64,000 bases of DNA from the NCBI GenBank assembly GCA_046329655.1, contig JAXLUD010000007.1:52282-116281 (forward strand), written 5' to 3'. The notes beneath the pieces were generated by a model. It searched no databases and had not been told where the DNA came from. It saw nothing but the letters and a program-made list of their open reading frames with translations. Shown here one piece after another: positions 30,616 to 41,231 of this stretch. The stretch is from Ferruginibacter sp. Its GTDB lineage: Bacteria > Bacteroidota > Bacteroidia > Chitinophagales > Chitinophagaceae. Every line of letters starts with the position of its first letter. Position 1 is the first letter of the stretch. The translations under genes were made by a program, and so were the position numbers.

Positions 30616-31818
30616 TCAGCCGTTGAGGATATTGTGCCCCATCTTATCCTTCTTTGTTTGTAAATATTTTTGATTGTGCGGATTGGGTTTGATCTCAATT
30701 GCCACGTTATCCACCACTTCCAGTCCGTACCCGAGCAGGCCTGCCCTTTTCCTGGGATTATTGCTCATCAGTTTCATTTTACTGATGCCGAGGTGGCGGA
30801 GAATTTGAGCACCCACACCATAATCACGCTCGTCCATGCTAAAGCCAAGATCCAGGTTGGCTTCCACTGTATCCCTGCCCTGTTCCTGCAGTTTGTACGC
30901 TTTTAATTTATTCAGCAGGCCGATGCCACGGCCTTCCTGGTTCATGTAAAGGATCAGTCCTTTTCCTTCTGCTTCGATCATTTTCATGGCCTGGTAGAGC
31001 TGGTCGCCGCAATCGCAGCGCAGTGAGCCCAGGATATCACCCGTCATACAACTGCTGTGCACACGCACCAGTACGGGTTCATCTTTTTCCCAGTTGCCTT
31101 TTTTCAAAGCCATATGAATATCGCCGGTATTGCTCTGCTTAAATGCCACCAGTTCAAATGCACCGTATTTAGTGGGCATCTGCACCCTTACTTCTTCCGT
31201 AATGAGTGTTTCGGTGCGCAGGCGGTATTCGATCAGGTCTTTTATGGAAATGAGTTTCAGGTCGAATTTCTTCGCGATCTCTTCCAGTTGCGGTACCCTT
31301 GCCATGCTCCCGTCTTCATTCATTATTTCCACCAGCACACCGGCAGGATAAAAGCCTGCAAGCTGCGCCAGGTCAATGGTGGCTTCGGTATGCCCGGTAC
31401 GTCTTAAAACGCCTCCTTTTTTTGCACGAAGGGGAAAGATATGACCGGGACGGCCCAGGTCTTCCGGTTTTGTGCCTGGGTTGATGAGGGCTTCCACCGT
31501 TTTGGAGCGGTCGTGCGCCGAAATTCCGGTAGTGCATCCATTGCCCAGGAGATCAACACTCACGGTAAATGCGGTTTCATGCAGGGAGGTATTGTCAGAC
31601 ACCATGGGTGGCAGGTGCAGCGCATCGCAGCGCTCTTCCACCAGGGGAACACATATCAATCCCCGGCCATGTGTACTCATAAAATTGATCATTTCAGGTG
31701 TAACACAGGATGCGGCTCCCACAAAATCACCTTCATTCTCACGGTCTTCATCATCCACCACGATCACCAGCTTGCCCTTTTTAATATCTTCTATGGCGCT
31801 TTCAATACTGTCTAACAT
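30616..31818 (-). CDS. ribBA: bifunctional 3,4-dihydroxy-2-butanone-4-phosphate synthase / GTP cyclohydrolase II
   Basis: From ATG 31818: [31 protein letters not shown] (DHBP synthase), then [21 protein letters not shown] (GCH II zinc site). Confidence 0.92.
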   Translation of the reverse strand: MLDSIESAIEDIKKGKLVIVVDDEDRENEGDFVGAASCVTPEMINFMSTHGRGLICVPLVEERCDALHLPPMVSDNTSLHETAFTVSVDLLGNGCTTGISAHDRSKTVEALINPGTKPEDLGRPGHIFPLRAKKGGVLRRTGHTEATIDLAQLAGFYPAGVLVEIMNEDGSMARVPQLEEIAKKFDLKLISIKDLIEYRLRTETLITEEVRVQMPTKYGAFELVAFKQSNTGDIHMALKKGNWEKDEPVLVRVHSSCMTGDILGSLRCDCGDQLYQAMKMIEAEGKGLILYMNQEGRGIGLLNKLKAYKLQEQGRDTVEANLDLGFSMDERDYGVGAQILRHLGISKMKLMSNNPRKRAGLLGYGLEVVDNVAIEIKPNPHNQKYLQTKKDKMGHNILNG

Positions 31819-31957
31819 AAACAAAAAATATATTTTGAGGCACAAAGTTAATGCGCTTTTACGGTTAAGAAAGACATGGATCTTCTTATATCGGGAATAT
31901 TTGAAAAATACAGGTATTCTCCCCTGAGGCTGTTGTATTTTAACCACACAATGCAGC

Positions 31958-32040
31958 AAATATTAATTAATTGTTGCCTCCAGATTTGTTTATAAAAAAG
32001 GCCGGAATACGGCGCTTATTTAGTTTCTTTGCATCCGATT
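31958..32040 (+). promoter_or_regulatory. conserved control region of TBDR paralogue 1 (AT-rich box + TTTCTTTGCAYCCGATTAAAACAAA)
   Basis: aaatattaattaattgttgcctcc (31958-31981) and tttctttgcatccgattaaaacaaa (32025-32049 region) recur at the same distances upstream of the second paralogue. Confidence 0.45.
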
Positions 32041-32058
32041 AAAACAAAACTGACAATT

Positions 32059-35000
32059 ATGAGAATGACTAAGATTGTACGTCTGCTGACAGTACTTTTA
32101 GTGTTCCCGTTCGCACTGTCTGCCCAGGTTACAACCAGTGGTATCAGTGGTACGGTTAAGAGCACTAAAAATGAGGCCCTGGTTGGCGCCACCATCGTTG
32201 CAACCCATACCCCTACCGGTACGGTGTATAAAACAACGGCACGTGCCAACGGAAGGTTCGATATCTCCAATATGAACAACGGGGGTCCTTATGTTATTGA
32301 AGTGACCTTTGTGAACAGCGAAACAGAAAAAAAAGACGAAATCTATCTCAACCTGGGAGAAACCTTCAGGGTTGATTTCTTTTTAAGGCCCAAGGCCACT
32401 TCACTCTCAGAAGTGGTGGTTACTTCAACTGCAAGAAACGATGCCGGCGCTAAAGGCGGTACATCACTCGCCATCAGCAAAGAAAGGCTGGAACTCACTT
32501 CTGCCGTAGGCCGTAACCTGCAGGATTACATCAAAAACATTCCTTTTGCCAAAACAATTGGCGGTAACGAAGGTGCCGTAACCATTGCCGGCCAGAATAA
32601 CCGTTACAACTCATTCTATGTGGATGGCGCCATCAATAACGACGTATTTGGTTTGGCCAACTCGGGTACCAATGGCGGTCAAACCGGTGCTGCACCCATC
32701 TCTATTGATGCGGTGGACCAGTTCCAGGTGGTGATTTCCCCTTACAATGCTTCTATCGGTAACTTTACCGGTGGTGGTATCAATGCGGTAACCAAAAGCG
32801 GAACCAACAATATTGAAGGATCATTATACATGTTTTACCGCAATGAAAAATTAGCCGGTAAGAACCCGCTGCAGGGCAAAGACACTGCTCAGCGTTTTAA
32901 TCCTTTTAAAAACAAAACTTATGGTTTCAGGATCGGTGGTCCGTTCATCAAGAACAAACTGTTCTACTTTGTAAGTGTTGAACAGCAGCGTGACCAAACC
33001 CCGCAGCCATTTGATTTCAGTACCTACCGCGGTAATACCAATACGGTTGCCGGAATCCAGAACCTGGTTGATTTTGTAAAGACCAACTACAAATATGATA
33101 TGGGCGAATGGCTCTCCACCACCCGTAAACTGGATGTTGACAGGGTTTCTGCAAAAATCGACTGGAATGTGAGCGATAAGCACCGTGTTTCTGTAAGCTA
33201 CCGTTTGAATAAAGCAGTTGCCACCAATCCCAGCTTAAGCTCCAGCACATCCATCAACTTCAGTAATGGTGCGGTATATTTCCCCAGCACCACCAATACA
33301 TTTACCGGTGAGCTGAAAAGCCGTTTTGCAAAGAACATCAATAACAGGTTACTGGTTACCTATTCAAATGTACTGGATGACAGGGGTGTTGTAGGCGAAC
33401 TGTTCCCAAGGGTATCACTGAACGATGGTAGCGGTACCATCAACTTTGGTTCTGATAACAGCTCTACTCAAAACCTGCTGAAACAAAAAAATATCAGCAT
33501 CGTGGATAACTTAAGGTGGGATATCAAAAACCACTCTTTCACCACCGGTTTTGATTTTGAAAGCTTCGATGACCTGAACGTGTTTATCCAAAACACTTAT
33601 GGCAACTATAACTATGGTACTACCGGTACTACTTCAGGTGTTGCAAAATTTCTTGCCAACAACGTTTCTCCTACCAGCTATACACTGGGTTTCCCCAATA
33701 CTGACAAGGAGCTGAATGATAATACCAATGCCGGTGCCATCTTCAAAGCACAGAAACTGGCTTTCTTCCTGAATGATGAAATCAAGGTTGGCGCTAACCT
33801 CACCGTTAACATCGGTGTTCGTGCGGATAAATGGAGTTTCCCCACCACACCTTATACTGACAATTATACCAACGACAGCGCCCTGGTGCAGTATGCCAAG
33901 TATTATGATCTGAAAGGTGCACGTTCTGGCCAGAAACCCAATTTCCCGATCGCCATTTCACCACGCCTTGGATTTACGTACAAAATACCTGAAGAAGGTG
34001 TTACTGTACGTGGTGGTGTGGGTTTATTCACCGGCCGTATGCCGCTGGTTTGGCCTGGTGGAACATACAACAACAACGGTTACTATGTGGGTGGTTATTC
34101 TGCCAACTCCACTGCATTGTCCAGCATCCGTTTCCGCTGGAATCCTTCAGATGTCGTAGGCAGTGTATGGTCGCCGTCACAGGTTGGACAGGGCTTTACA
34201 AAAGGTCCGCTGAACCTGATTTCAAAAGACTTCAAAATGCCTAAACTGTTAAGGACCTCACTGGGCTTTGACAAAAACTTTGGCAATGGCTGGACAGGTA
34301 CACTGGAAGGCTTATACAGCAAAAATATCAACGAAGTATACTATACCAACCTGAACCTGCTTCCTGCTATCGGCACATCCGTAGGACCCGGTGCACGTAA
34401 AGTATATGGCGTTAACGGAAGCTCTGCAGCTTTTGTACCCATTACCAACAATGGTACCGGCACCAACCCATATGATAACGCCATTCTCGTAAGCAATAAC
34501 CAGGGCGATAAGGGTTTTGCCTACAACGTAAACATTGGTATTGAAAAAAGAACAAAGAACGGTTTTAACTTCAGCGGTACCTATACTTATGGTAACTCCG
34601 TTGTAGTGAACGAAGGCACCAGCTCTGTAAACTTAAGCCAATGGCGTTTTATGGAAACTGCAAACGGAAGGAACGATATCATCCGCAGCACTTCTGACTT
34701 TGATCAGGCGCACCGTATTGTTGGTTTCATCAGCAAAAAATTCAAATACCTGGGTGGCAAACTGGCCACTACCATTGCGCTGACCTATACCGGACAGAGC
34801 GGTTCACCGCTGAGCTATGTATACGGCAGCAGCAGTATGGTACGTGATGATGGTACTGCAGGCGGTAACGACCTTATTTATATCCCGACTGCAACAGAAC
34901 TCCAGTCTCAAACCTTCCTGAGCAATACTATTTCTGGTGTTACTTACACTGCACAGCAGCAGAAAGACGCCCTGGAATCATATATCCAGAACGACAAGTA

Positions 35001-35370
35001 CCTGCGTAACCACAGGGGTGAATTTGCAGAAAGGAACGGCGCAAGACTGCCATTTACCAACAACCTTGACCTGAAATTCTTACAGGATTTTAATATCAAG
35101 ATCAACAAGCGTACTTACCAGTTACAATTCAGCTGGGATATTTATAACCTGGGCAACCTTATCAACAGGGAATGGGGCCGCCAGTATTTTGGAAGCAATG
35201 ACCAGTTCAGCCTGATCAACTTTGCAGGATACGTGAGCAGCACCAACCTCACCCCCCAGTACAGGTTTAACCCAACCATTACCACTCCTTACAACTTCAA
35301 CAACTCAGCCACTCCGGGCTATGCCAACAGGTGGATCAGCCAGGTGGGTGTAAGGTTCAATTTCAGGTAA
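32059..35370 (+). CDS. TonB-dependent receptor, Oar-like (carboxypeptidase-regulatory-like N-domain)
   Basis: Signal peptide MRMTKIVRLLTVLLVFPFALSAQ (ATG 32059), CarboxypepD_reg segment, plug and ~22-strand barrel-size body, C-terminal ...QVGVRFNFR. Confidence 0.85.
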   Translation: MRMTKIVRLLTVLLVFPFALSAQVTTSGISGTVKSTKNEALVGATIVATHTPTGTVYKTTARANGRFDISNMNNGGPYVIEVTFVNSETEKKDEIYLNLGETFRVDFFLRPKATSLSEVVVTSTARNDAGAKGGTSLAISKERLELTSAVGRNLQDYIKNIPFAKTIGGNEGAVTIAGQNNRYNSFYVDGAINNDVFGLANSGTNGGQTGAAPISIDAVDQFQVVISPYNASIGNFTGGGINAVTKSGTNNIEGSLYMFYRNEKLAGKNPLQGKDTAQRFNPFKNKTYGFRIGGPFIKNKLFYFVSVEQQRDQTPQPFDFSTYRGNTNTVAGIQNLVDFVKTNYKYDMGEWLSTTRKLDVDRVSAKIDWNVSDKHRVSVSYRLNKAVATNPSLSSSTSINFSNGAVYFPSTTNTFTGELKSRFAKNINNRLLVTYSNVLDDRGVVGELFPRVSLNDGSGTINFGSDNSSTQNLLKQKNISIVDNLRWDIKNHSFTTGFDFESFDDLNVFIQNTYGNYNYGTTGTTSGVAKFLANNVSPTSYTLGFPNTDKELNDNTNAGAIFKAQKLAFFLNDEIKVGANLTVNIGVRADKWSFPTTPYTDNYTNDSALVQYAKYYDLKGARSGQKPNFPIAISPRLGFTYKIPEEGVTVRGGVGLFTGRMPLVWPGGTYNNNGYYVGGYSANSTALSSIRFRWNPSDVVGSVWSPSQVGQGFTKGPLNLISKDFKMPKLLRTSLGFDKNFGNGWTGTLEGLYSKNINEVYYTNLNLLPAIGTSVGPGARKVYGVNGSSAAFVPITNNGTGTNPYDNAILVSNNQGDKGFAYNVNIGIEKRTKNGFNFSGTYTYGNSVVVNEGTSSVNLSQWRFMETANGRNDIIRSTSDFDQAHRIVGFISKKFKYLGGKLATTIALTYTGQSGSPLSYVYGSSSMVRDDGTAGGNDLIYIPTATELQSQTFLSNTISGVTYTAQQQKDALESYIQNDKYLRNHRGEFAERNGARLPFTNNLDLKFLQDFNIKINKRTYQLQFSWDIYNLGNLINREWGRQYFGSNDQFSLINFAGYVSSTNLTPQYRFNPTITTPYNFNNSATPGYANRWISQVGVRFNFR

Positions 35371-35388
35371 ACAACTTACAACAATACC

Positions 35389-35418
35389 AAAGCGCACTTT
35401 TTCAAGTGCGCTTTTTTT
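35389..35418 (+). terminator. intrinsic terminator after TBDR 1
   Basis: agcgcactt-tttc-aagtgcgct stem followed by T7. Confidence 0.8.
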
Positions 35419-35497
35419 ATTTCTGGCTTTGCAACTTACACATTACAATATGATTTATGTGACATTTCTCCCCACCCTGATCTCAAAAAACTGCGCC

Positions 35498-35580
35498 CAA
35501 TATTAATTTACTGTTTCCTTCTTCGGCTGTTGACAAATGTTAGTTCAAATTCAGTGATTATTTGCTTTCTTTGCACCCGA
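35498..35580 (+). promoter_or_regulatory. conserved control region of TBDR paralogue 2
   Basis: caatattaatttactgtttccttc (35498-35521) and tttctttgcacccgattaaaacaaa (35566-35590 region), homologous to 31958-32049. Confidence 0.45.
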
Positions 35581-35595
35581 TTAAAACAAACTATT

Positions 35596-38500
35596 ATGAG
35601 AATCACAAAAATTGTACGTCTATTGACTGTGCTTTTGGCGTTCCCGTTTGCTTTGTCTGCCCAGGTAACCACCGGCAGCATCAGCGGTACCGTAAAAGAC
35701 AGTAAGGGAGGGGCTTTAACGGGTGCTACCGTTGAAGTACTGCATGTTCCTTCCGGCTCTTTGTACAGGGCTGCTTCAGGTAAAAATGGCTTTTTCAATG
35801 TTCCCAGCTTACGCGTGGGCGGGCCATACAAAGTAACGATTAGCTATGTGGGATTTAAACAGGAAATAATAGATGACATCTACGTACAATTGGGCGATCC
35901 TTCTGTGATCAATCTTGTAATGACAGATGCAAACACCAGCCTTACAGAAGTAGTGGTGGCGGGTGCAGCCCGGAAAGGCGCCCTGATTTCCAAAGACAGG
36001 AAAGGAACGGCCACCAATATCAACAGGCGTTTGATTGCGGCCCTGCCCACCCTGTCGAGGAATATCACCGACTTCACCAAGCTGACACCGCAGGCCAGCG
36101 GTACTTCATTTGCAGGCCAGGACAACCGTTTCATCAACCTCACCATTGATGGTTCGATCTTCAACAACTCTTTTGGTTTGCAGGCATTACCCGGCAGCCA
36201 GACCAGTGCAGCGCCCATTTCTGTGGATGCGATTGAAGAGATCCAGGTAAACGTATCTCCCTACAATGTAAAAGATGCAGGTTTTACCGGTGCCAGTATC
36301 AACGCGGTTACCAGGAGTGGTACAAACACATTCCATGGTTCGGCGTTCTATAATACCCGTCACCAGGGTTTGGTGGGAACAAAAGCCGGTCCTGATGGAA
36401 AAACGCCGGTAAGCATCCTCGATTTTGATGTAAAACAATATGGCGCCAGCATTGGTGGACCTATCATCAAAAACAAACTCTTTTTCTTTGCCAACTACGA
36501 AGCGGAACAAAGGACAGACCCCGGAACATCCTGGGTGGCTGATAACGGTTCCAATACCGGCCAGGCAAACGTTTCAAGGGTTAAGAAAACAGAACTGGAT
36601 GCATTGTCTGATTTCTTAAAAACAAGGCTCAATTACGATCCGGGAAAATATGAAGGCTATAACTTCCTTACCAAGAGTTATAAGATCCTTGCCAAGATCG
36701 ACTGGAACATCAGCAACAAGCATAAGTTCAGTCTTCGTTTTAACTCACTACGTTCTTCAAAAGATATTCCTGCCAGCTCTTCAGGTGCTTTAACAGGCGG
36801 CCGTTTGAGCAGTGCAAATACCATGAACTTTGAGAACAACAACTATCTTATCAATAACGACATCTATTCAGTTATCGGGCAGCTGAACACCCGTATCAGC
36901 AATAAGATGAGCAATGAATTTATCTTTGGATGGACAGCCAACAGGGATTACCGTGCTGTAAAAGGCAGCCTCTTCCCGATTGTTGATATCCTGGATGGTA
37001 CCGGCGACAGGAACTATATTTCTTTCGGTGCGGAACCTTTCACGCCCAACAACAAACTGTTCACCGATACATGGCAGGCTTCTGATAACCTGACCATCTA
37101 TAACGGCAAACACACCATTTCAACCGGTTTTAATTTTGAATCATTCAAATTCTTTAACCAGTTCACCCCGCAGATCCAGGGCTTTTATATTTTCAAAAGC
37201 CTGGCAGATTTTTATACTTCTGCCAATGCCTACCTGGCCAATCCTAACATGACCGCTAACCCGGTTCAGTTAAGAAGGTATATCCTTGGTTTCAGCAACC
37301 TGGAAGGAAATGCGTTGTGGAACGCGGTTACAAAAGCAAACAACCTGGGTGCGTATGTACAGGACGAACTGCAACTGCAGGATAACCTGAACATCACTTA
37401 CGGTGTTCGTTTTGATGTGCCTTTCTTTGGCTCTAACGGCGTGGAAAACCCGCAGGTGGCCGGTTACAGCTTCGTGGATGAAACGGGTGCTCCCACCAAA
37501 CTGAGCACTTCACAGCTGCCATCCACCAAATTAATGATCAACCCGCGTTTTGGTTTTAACTACGATATCAAAGGCAACAAGAAAACACAGGTACGTGGTG
37601 GTTTGGGCTTATTCAGCGGCCGCCCTGCATTCGTGTTCATCAGCAACGCGGTTGGTAACAACGGTATGCAGGCTGGTTCTATCAGCCAGGATAATACCAC
37701 AGCTTATCCTTTCAGTCCTGATATTACCCGTAATATCCCTGCGCCAAAACCCGGTACACCGGCTCCGAGCTACAATATCGCTCCTATCGAAAAGAAATTC
37801 CGTTTCCCGCAGGTATTCAGGGCCAACCTCGCTGTTGACCAGAAACTGCCTTTTGGCATTGTGGGTTCTGCAGAATTCCTGTTCACCCAGAGCCTGAGCA
37901 ACATTTTCTATTACAATGCGAACATGAAGCCTTCTACGGCTAAATTCAGCGGACCGGATGCCCGCCCCCGCTTTGCAGGAAGTGCAAGTGCTGTACGTAT
38001 CAACTCCAATGTAAATGATGCCACCGTACTGGCAAGCCGCCCTTATGGTTCAAACATCACCGGTACATTCAAACTGGAAAAACCATTGCAGAAAGGCCTG
38101 AGCTGGATGCTGGCTTATAACTATGGTAAAACCAAAGATTACATGAGTGCAAGCACCATCGCCTTCAGCAGCTTTACTTCAACAAGGACCGTAAACGGTA
38201 ATAACCTGCCCGACAATTCTTTCAGTGATAATGATGTAAGACACCGTTTCATCGGTAACATCACTTACAGGAAAGAGATTGCGAAACTTGCAGCAGTTCA
38301 GGTATCATTATTCGGACAATTACAGAGCCAGGGCCGTATTTCTTACGCCTACTCAGGTGATATGAACGGAGATGGTATCAGCGGTAACGACCTGATGTAT
38401 ATTCCGAAAGACCAGAGTGAAATGAATTTTGATGCCATCACCGGTACCACGCCTTTCACCGTACAGCAGCAGAAAGATGCGCTTGAAGCCTATATCAACC

Positions 38501-38865
38501 AGGATCCTTACCTGAAAAACAACAGGGGAACTGTGGCGCAAAGGAACGGCGCTTTAATGCCAACGCTTACAAAATTCGACTTGTCTGCCATGGTTGAACT
38601 GTTCAGGGTATTTGGCAATACCAAACACACACTGCAGTTCAGGGCTGATATCTTTAATGTAGGCAACCTCATCAATCACAAATGGGGTGTGGCAGATGTG
38701 GTGAACACTTCAGCTCCGCTTGCTTACTCAAGGGTGGATGCCAACGGTATTCCTTATTTCAAAATGAATACTGTTAACAGCAGCATCAGCTATACCACCT
38801 ACAGGAAAGGGACCAATATCCTTGATGTATGGCAGGGCCAGCTGGGCGTTCGCTATATTTTCTAA
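35596..38865 (+). CDS. TonB-dependent receptor, Oar-like, tandem paralogue
   Basis: Signal peptide MRITKIVRLLTVLLAFPFALSAQ (ATG 35596), nearly identical to the upstream paralogue. Same domain order; C-terminal ...QLGVRYIF. Confidence 0.85.
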   Translation: MRITKIVRLLTVLLAFPFALSAQVTTGSISGTVKDSKGGALTGATVEVLHVPSGSLYRAASGKNGFFNVPSLRVGGPYKVTISYVGFKQEIIDDIYVQLGDPSVINLVMTDANTSLTEVVVAGAARKGALISKDRKGTATNINRRLIAALPTLSRNITDFTKLTPQASGTSFAGQDNRFINLTIDGSIFNNSFGLQALPGSQTSAAPISVDAIEEIQVNVSPYNVKDAGFTGASINAVTRSGTNTFHGSAFYNTRHQGLVGTKAGPDGKTPVSILDFDVKQYGASIGGPIIKNKLFFFANYEAEQRTDPGTSWVADNGSNTGQANVSRVKKTELDALSDFLKTRLNYDPGKYEGYNFLTKSYKILAKIDWNISNKHKFSLRFNSLRSSKDIPASSSGALTGGRLSSANTMNFENNNYLINNDIYSVIGQLNTRISNKMSNEFIFGWTANRDYRAVKGSLFPIVDILDGTGDRNYISFGAEPFTPNNKLFTDTWQASDNLTIYNGKHTISTGFNFESFKFFNQFTPQIQGFYIFKSLADFYTSANAYLANPNMTANPVQLRRYILGFSNLEGNALWNAVTKANNLGAYVQDELQLQDNLNITYGVRFDVPFFGSNGVENPQVAGYSFVDETGAPTKLSTSQLPSTKLMINPRFGFNYDIKGNKKTQVRGGLGLFSGRPAFVFISNAVGNNGMQAGSISQDNTTAYPFSPDITRNIPAPKPGTPAPSYNIAPIEKKFRFPQVFRANLAVDQKLPFGIVGSAEFLFTQSLSNIFYYNANMKPSTAKFSGPDARPRFAGSASAVRINSNVNDATVLASRPYGSNITGTFKLEKPLQKGLSWMLAYNYGKTKDYMSASTIAFSSFTSTRTVNGNNLPDNSFSDNDVRHRFIGNITYRKEIAKLAAVQVSLFGQLQSQGRISYAYSGDMNGDGISGNDLMYIPKDQSEMNFDAITGTTPFTVQQQKDALEAYINQDPYLKNNRGTVAQRNGALMPTLTKFDLSAMVELFRVFGNTKHTLQFRADIFNVGNLINHKWGVADVVNTSAPLAYSRVDANGIPYFKMNTVNSSISYTTYRKGTNILDVWQGQLGVRYIF

Positions 38866-38884
38866 GAAAGAGAATACCTACAAT

Positions 38885-38918
38885 AAAAAAATCCCACGGT
38901 ATACCGTGGGATTTTTTT
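38885..38918. terminator. bidirectional intrinsic terminator
   Basis: atcccacgg-tata-ccgtgggat flanked by A6 and T7, between the convergent TBDR 2 and esterase genes. Confidence 0.85.
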
Positions 38919-38929
38919 ATTATTACTGA

Positions 38930-39757
38930 TCAGTCAGTGATTTCATTATTCACGCCCCATCCCCACAATAAAAAATCGGGAAATGCCTTGGCCCAGGTAG
39001 GCACATCGTGCTTGCCATCTGCCAGTTCCAGGTATCTCACATCTTTTGATTTGTCGTATCCTTTTTTTTCCAGTTCATCAATCAGGCTGATGGTATCATC
39101 AATCGCATCAATGATACCGTTATTATTCCTGTCGGCCGTTTCATCCTGCGTGCCCACTTCAAAAAAGAAACGCAGCCAGGGCGAATAATCGCCTTCCCTT
39201 ACCTGCCGGTGCATGATGCGGTCGGTATCTTCATTAAAATCCGCCTCTTCCTGGTCCTTGTCACGCCACCATAAAGATCCGCTGAACACACCCACCCGCC
39301 TGAACTCTTTGGGAAAATTCCATACAATATCCAGTGCACTTAAACCACCCAGCGAAAAACCTGCAAACGATTTTTCTTTAAACGACTCCGTGTTCATTTC
39401 CTTGCGGATGAAAGGCAGCAGTTCTTCATAAATAAAACGGGTGTATAAAGCGGCTTTGGCACCCCGGCCTTTGTAATCCAATATTTTTGCGGTACCATAT
39501 TCATTCTTTCGGTCGGTGGAGCAGTGAATGCCCACGCATAATAAAGGACTGATGCTTTTATCGGCGTACAGTTTTTCCAGTATATTTTCAAACTGCATGG
39601 TAACAAGGTCCTGGCCGTCATTCACAAGCAGGAGGCTTAAATTTCCCTGCGGCACATCATATGCCGGTAAATAAAAATCCACTTTCACGTCACGCTGCAG
39701 CAATACTGAGCTGAGCACATGATGCTGCACATTCACCGTATCATTTTTACGATCCAT
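38930..39757 (-). CDS. esterase family alpha/beta hydrolase (PF00756-like putative esterase)
   Basis: GxSxG nucleophile elbow FAGFSLGGLSAL, with a Fes/IroE-like putative esterase layout. Start taken at ATG 39757, because the upstream 48 codons of the track ORF translate a simple-repeat array. Confidence 0.7.
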   Translation of the reverse strand: MDRKNDTVNVQHHVLSSVLLQRDVKVDFYLPAYDVPQGNLSLLLVNDGQDLVTMQFENILEKLYADKSISPLLCVGIHCSTDRKNEYGTAKILDYKGRGAKAALYTRFIYEELLPFIRKEMNTESFKEKSFAGFSLGGLSALDIVWNFPKEFRRVGVFSGSLWWRDKDQEEADFNEDTDRIMHRQVREGDYSPWLRFFFEVGTQDETADRNNNGIIDAIDDTISLIDELEKKGYDKSKDVRYLELADGKHDVPTWAKAFPDFLLWGWGVNNEITD

Positions 39758-39790
39758 ATCCGCCAAAAATAAAGAAAGAAGGTGAGACTG

Positions 39791-39960
39791 GGTGATGGAT
39801 GCTGGATACTGGATGCTGGATGCCGGGTTTTTGGATAAAGGATTTTGGGATACCGGAAGATTATCCATATCCAGCTGCCAACATCTGGAATCAAGTATCA
39901 AGTATCAAGTATTTAGTATCAAATGTCTAGCATCCAGCATCCATTCCCCATCCCCTTCCC
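39791..39960. repeat. inverted pair of heptanucleotide-period arrays (GGATGCT family / ATCAAGT-ATCCAGC family)
   Basis: 39791-39855 reads GTGATG|GATGCTG|GATACTG|GATGCTG|GATGCCG|GGTTTTT|GGATAAA|GGATTTT. 39888-39960 reads ATCAAGT x3|ATTTAGT|ATCAAAT|GTCTAGC|ATCCAGC|ATCCATT|CCCCATC|CCCTTCC. AGCATCC is the reverse complement of GGATGCT. Confidence 0.85.
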
Positions 39961-40055
39961 ATAAATAAACAATATTTGTTTTATTGAAGCCGAAAAAATA
40001 TATTTGGTTACGCTTGAACAGCATCTTTTAAACAATCATCAAAAAATTAACTGCA

Positions 40056-41009
<954 letters not shown>

Positions 41010-41011
41010 TT

Positions 41012-41231
41012 GATAATGAATAATCGGGTAATGGATTATTCCCTTTTTCAGTTACAGCATTCAATTCATGAAACCCCTTTTTGAAACAAAGGCTTTATCC
41101 ATTATAAATTTTAAAATTATCAATTCAACAATTATGGATAATTCCATTAACCCGTTACAGAATTCAATTCATGAAAACCTTTTTGAAGCAAAGACATTAT
41201 CAATTATCAATTTTAAAATTAACAATTAAAA
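41012..41231. repeat. tandem ~100-nt duplication built from CAATTAT-type heptamer arrays plus a ~49-nt unique core
   Basis: Cores at 41051-41099 and 41154-41201 are about 85% identical by eye (gttacagMattcaattcatgaaa..cctttttgaaRcaaag). Each is followed by AATTATC/AATTTTA/CAATTAA heptamers. Confidence 0.8.

Noticed and set aside
31958-31981. Fur box in the conserved AT-rich box upstream of the TBDR paralogues
   Set aside because: The box does not fit the GATAATGATAATCATTATC consensus beyond being AT-rich. I keep it only as an unassigned conserved box.
31819-31990. Possible FMN (RFN) riboswitch upstream of ribBA
   Set aside because: The minus-strand leader lacks the conserved RFN core (no GGGCGGGGTGAAATTCCC / ACCGGCGGTA-like blocks or multi-stem junction). 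Only AT-rich promoter-like sequence is present.
39758-39901. N-terminal extension of the esterase ORF
   Set aside because: It is a translation of the GGATGCT heptamer array. The conserved esterase sequence starts at ATG 39757.
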